DNA from: Nemertoderma westbladi
Taxonomy: Eukaryota; Animalia; Xenacoelomorpha
Assembly: GCA_032718475.1 (NCBI GenBank)
Contig: JAUCBJ010004651.1
Location: 62,001 to 126,000 of the forward strand
DNA length: 64,000 nucleotides
Direction of reading: 5' to 3'
Shown here: positions 59,708 to 64,000 of the stretch, piece by piece
Numbering within the stretch: the stretch's first letter is position 1
Layout of the letters: each line of letters starts with the position of its first letter
Made by a program: the position numbers and the translations under genes
The notes under the pieces: generated by a model
What the model saw: the letters and a program-made list of their open reading frames with translations, nothing else
What the model was told of the DNA's origin: nothing
The model's database searches: none

Positions 59708-62505
59708 TAGGGGTAGCAGAGAGGAGTTGGTACACATAGAGGGTGTAGGGATACCAGAGAGGAGTCGGTACACATAGAGATTGTAGGGATAGAAGAGTGG
59801 AGTTGGGACATAGAGGGTGTAGGGATAGCAGAGAGGAGTTGGTACATAGAGATTGTAGGGATAGAAGAGTGGAGTTGGGACATAGAGGGTGTAGGGATAG
59901 CAGAGAGGAGTTGGTACATAGAGATTGTAGGGATAGAAGAGTGGAGTTGGGACATAGAGAGTGACTACGGGATACCAGAGAGGAGTTGGTACATAGAGAG
60001 GGTAGGGATAGCAGAGAGGAGTTGGTACATAGAGATTGTAGGGATAGAAGAGTGGAGTTGGGACATAGAGAGTGACTACGGGATACCAGAGAGGAGTTGG
60101 TACATAGAGATTGTAGGGATAGAAGAGTGGAGTTGGGACATAGAGAGTGACTACGGGATACCAGAGAGGAGTTAGTACACATAGAGGATGTAGGGATAGC
60201 AGAGAGGAGTTGGGACATGGAGGGTGTAGGGATAGCAGAGAGGAGTTGGGACATAGAGGGTGTAGGGATAACAGAGAGGAGTTGGTACACATAGCGGGTG
60301 TAGGGATAGCAGAGAGGAGTTGGGACATAGAGGGTGTAAGGATACCAGAGAGGAGTTGGGACATAGAGGGTGTAAGGATAGCAGAGAGGAGTTGGGACAT
60401 AGAGGGTGTAGGGATAACAGAGATGAGTTGGTACACATTGTGGGTGTAGGGATAGCAGAGAGGAGTTGGGACATGGAGGGTGTAGGGATAGCAGAGAGGA
60501 GTTGGGACATAGAGGGTGTAGGGATAACAGAGAGGAGTTGGTACACATAGCGGGTGTAGGGATAGCAGAGAGGAGTTGGGACATAGAGGGTGTAAGGATA
60601 CCAGAGAGGAGTTGGGACATAGAGGGTGTAAGGATAGCAGAGAGGAGTTGGTACACATTGCGGGTGTAGGGATAGCAGAGAGGAGTTGGGACATAGCGGG
60701 TGTAGGGATAGGAGAGAGGAGTTGGTACATAGAGAGGGTAGGGATAGCAGAGAGGAGTTGGTACACATAGAGTGTGTAAGGATACCAAAGAGGAGTTGGG
60801 ACATAGAGATTGTAGGGATACCAGAGAGGAGTTAGTACACATAGAGGGTGTAAGGATAGCAGAGAGGAGTTGGTACACATAGCGGGTGTAGGGATAGCAG
60901 AGAGGAGTTGGGACATAGAGGGTGTAGGGATAGCAGAGAGGAGTTGGGACATAGAGGGTGTAAGGATAGCAGAGAGGAGTTGGTACACATTGTGGGTGTA
61001 GGGATAGCAGAGAGGAGTTGGGACATAGAGGGTGTAGGGATAGCAGAGAGGAGTTGGGACATAGAGGGTGTAAGGATAGCAGAGCGGAGTTGGTACACAT
61101 TGCGAGTGTAGGGATAGCAGAGAGGAGTTGGGACATAGCGGGTGTAGGGATAGGAGAGAGGAGTTGGTACATAGAGAGGGTAGGGATAGCAGAGAGGAGT
61201 TGGTACACGTAGAGGGTTTGGGGATACCAGAGAGGAGTTGGGACATAGAGGGTGTAGGGATACCATAGAGGAGTTGGGACATAGAGGGTGTAGGGATAGC
61301 AGAGAGGAGTTGGGACATAGGGAGGGTAGGGATAGCAGAGAGGAGTTGGTACACGTAGATGGTATAGGGATACCAGAGAGGAGTCGGTACACATAGAGAT
61401 TGTAGGGATAGAAGAGTGGAGTTGGTACATATAGAGGGTGTAGGGATAGCAGAGAGGGGTTGGGACATAGAGGGTGTAAGGATAGCAGAGAGGAGTTGGT
61501 ACACGTAGATGGTGTAGGGATACCAGAGAGGAGTCGGTACACATAGAGATTGTAGGGATAGAAGAGTGGAGTTGGTACATATAGAGGGTGTAGGGATAGC
61601 AGAGAGGGGTTGGGACATAGAGGGTGTAAGGATAGCAGAGAGGAGTTGGTACACGTAGATGGTGTAGGGATACCAGAGAGGAGTTGGGACATAGAGGGTG
61701 TAAGGATAGCAGAGAGGAGTTGGTACACGTAGATGGTGTAGGGATACCAGAGAGGAGTCGGTACACATAGAGATTGTAGGGATAGAAGAGTGGAGTTGGT
61801 ACACATAGAGGGTGTAGGGATACCAGAGAGGAGTCGGTACACATAGAGATTGTAGGGATAGAAGAGTGGAGTTGGTACATATAGAGGGTGTAGGGATAGC
61901 AGAGAGGAGTTGGTACACATAGAGGGTGAAGGGATAGCATAGTGGAGTGGGACATAGAGAGGGTAGGGATAGCAGAGAGGAGTTGGTACACATAGAGGGT
62001 GAAGGGATAGCATAGTGGAGTGGGACATAGAGAGGGTAGGGATAGCAGAGAGGAGTTGGTACACATAGAGGGTGAAGGGATAGCATAGTGGAGTGGGACA
62101 TAGAGAGGGTAGGGATAGCAGAGAGGAGTTGGTACACATAGAGGGTGAAGGGATAGCATAGTGGAGTGGGACATAGAGAGGGTAGGGATAGCAGAGAGGA
62201 CTTGGTACACATAGAGGGTGAAGGGATAGCATAGTGGAGTGGGACATAGAGAGGGTAGGGATAGCAGAGAGGAGTTGGTACATAGAGATTGTAGGGATAG
62301 AAGAGTGGAGTTGGTACATATAGAGGGTGTAGGGATAGCAGAGAGGAGTTGGGACATATAGGGTGTAGGGATAGCAGAGAGGAGTTGGTACACGTAGATG
62401 GTGTAGGGATACCAGAGAGGAGTTGGGACATATAGGGTGTAGGGATAGCAGAGAGGAGTTGGTACACGTAGATGGTGTAGGGATACCAAAGAGGAGTTGG
62501 GACAT
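59708..62505. repeat. Purine-rich 36/38-bp satellite (GTAGGGATAGCAGAGAGGAGTTGGGACATAGAGGGT and variants)
   Basis: Direct reading; produces spurious long ORFs on the - strand. Confidence 0.97.
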
Positions 62506-63342
62506 TGCCGGTTAGCAGTATGCATTGAGTCTACATAATCATACTCGCAGCAGATACAAGGTCTCGTATCACAATTTAAACCCAAATTAACAGATGGCAA
62601 TTACATTAAATGTGCTAACAGCCAAATGGTATGAAACTTTGCACCAATCATGTATTTACAAATCATTTGCAAAGCTTCGTTTAGCACTTTAACATCAAAA
62701 GTTAGTTCTAGATGTAGCTATAGCCGTTAAGAGTTTCTACAAACATTATTACTCAACTATTATGATACATCTGCTGTAAAGAACCAAACATTGTTACACA
62801 ACTATATTACACATCTGCATTAAATAACAAACTAACAGTGCGGTTCTCCCCAAGACACTCCACAGCTAAAAGAGCTGCCAGAGTTATAAGTAGAATAGTT
62901 GCTTTTAACATAGTAGAGTTGTTACGGTAAACGAATGACTTTTCGCAAGTGAAAACTACAATCTTTGGTGAACAGTGAGTGAATTTAAAATATTAAATTA
63001 AATTAAATATTAAACAAAATGATAGGCAACTTATTAGACACTAGGAACAGGCTGCTGCATAATGGATACAAAAGTAGCTCAATGTTATTAAATGGGACAA
63101 TCTATATGAATAAATAATTGGTGTATTTTATAATATAAAGTAAGGCACTGATAGCTCAACAGGTACTTTCCTACTAAAAAGTGTGTAATAGGTACCAGCG
63201 AACCAGCTGTTACTTCATAGTCTATGGATAGAGGTTATGGACAAGTAGAAAGAGCAAACCATATGAATTGTTGAAATATCTACTTCATCAGTCACGCAAA
63301 CAGTAGCAGCAAGAGAGTGCAATATGACTAATATATATACTA

Positions 63343-63398
63343 TACTACCAGGTTAAGCGAACTCGGATAGTGGAAATGAAAATCATTCCAGGCTTCTC
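63343..63398 (-). mobile_element. Short RTE 3'-end copy (first family)
   Basis: Reverse complement of ..GAAGCCTAGAAGGATCTCATTTCCACTGTCCGAGTTCGCTCGACCTAGTAG. Confidence 0.75.
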
Positions 63399-63594
63399 AT
63401 TATGATCCACTACTGTCACAAGTTTCATTTCATTCATATCTATCTATGATACCCACAAATAAACTCAAATAAGCAATTCGTTTTGTGTTTGAACAAAATG
63501 AAACTGAATGATACATCACTGTACACGTAAAAGCAATTAAGTAAAACTATCTATCAATTCAATATTAACTTAATGTGTAATGCAAAGTACCAAT

Positions 63595-63721
63595 AAATGG
63601 GTGTCGACGCCACCGACAGCCGACAAGAGATCCGTTAAATGGGTGTCGACGCCACCGACAGCCGACAGGAGATCCGTTAAATGGGTGTCGACGCCACCGA
63701 TAGCCGACAGGAGATCCGTTA
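63595..63721. repeat. 42-bp tandem repeat, 3 copies
   Basis: AAATGGGTGTCGACGCCACCGACAGCCGACAGGAGATCCGTT. Confidence 0.92.
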
Positions 63722-64000
63722 TTTATTGGGAATTCCCATTAACGGGAATAACCGTTTATAGAACGGGAATTGACTACTGGACCGCAAGAAAAAAAGGATC
63801 TAAAAGCGATAAATTTCGAGAATTATGGCAAAAAGTACTATAATCTTTCAGATTTCATTTTGAAACAGTATTAGTTGCAGCATATCCTATTTCTAACAGC
63901 GGAACTACCGGCCTAACGTACGTTTAGAGTGAAACAGGAGGGAAGTACAAATAAATATATATTCAGCTCGAGTATTAATTGCTGATAAGTGATATTATTA

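Noticed and set aside
59595-62600. 1001-, 921- and 557-aa ORFs
   Set aside because: Translations of a 36/38-bp satellite; the same peptide motifs rotate among frames.

Overview
Eukaryotic (animal, probably invertebrate) genomic DNA dominated by repeats. Bases 1-17277 are a nested pile of Bel/Pao LTR retrotransposons on the + strand, apparently inside an intron of GTPBP2, whose last exon is 17483-18678. Element A has matching LTRs, an intact Gag-protease ORF, and deletions of RT, integrase and most of an accessory ORF. Element B carries the full 1417-aa accessory ORF, in which I read a WRN/EXD-type DEDDy 3'-5' exonuclease domain, CCHC zinc knuckles and a C-terminal basic NLS. A second, frameshifted Bel/Pao element (C) lies on the - strand at 48402-57878 with a CGTTA target duplication. 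The most striking pattern: neither A nor C has a TGG-type tRNA primer-binding site. Each 5' LTR is instead followed by a duplicated GTA-starting 11-12-mer whose exact reverse complement sits in the element's own LTR, enclosed by an LTR-leader stem. This suggests tRNA-independent self-priming, possibly tied to the accessory exonuclease (inference). Also present: covarying structured RNA in U5 and upstream of the accessory ORF, tRNA-like Pol III boxes inside LTRs, a knottin (ICK) peptide exon at 43145-43276, RTE LINE remnants, a MULE-like and a Tc1/mariner-like non-autonomous element, and several satellites. All alignments were done by eye.
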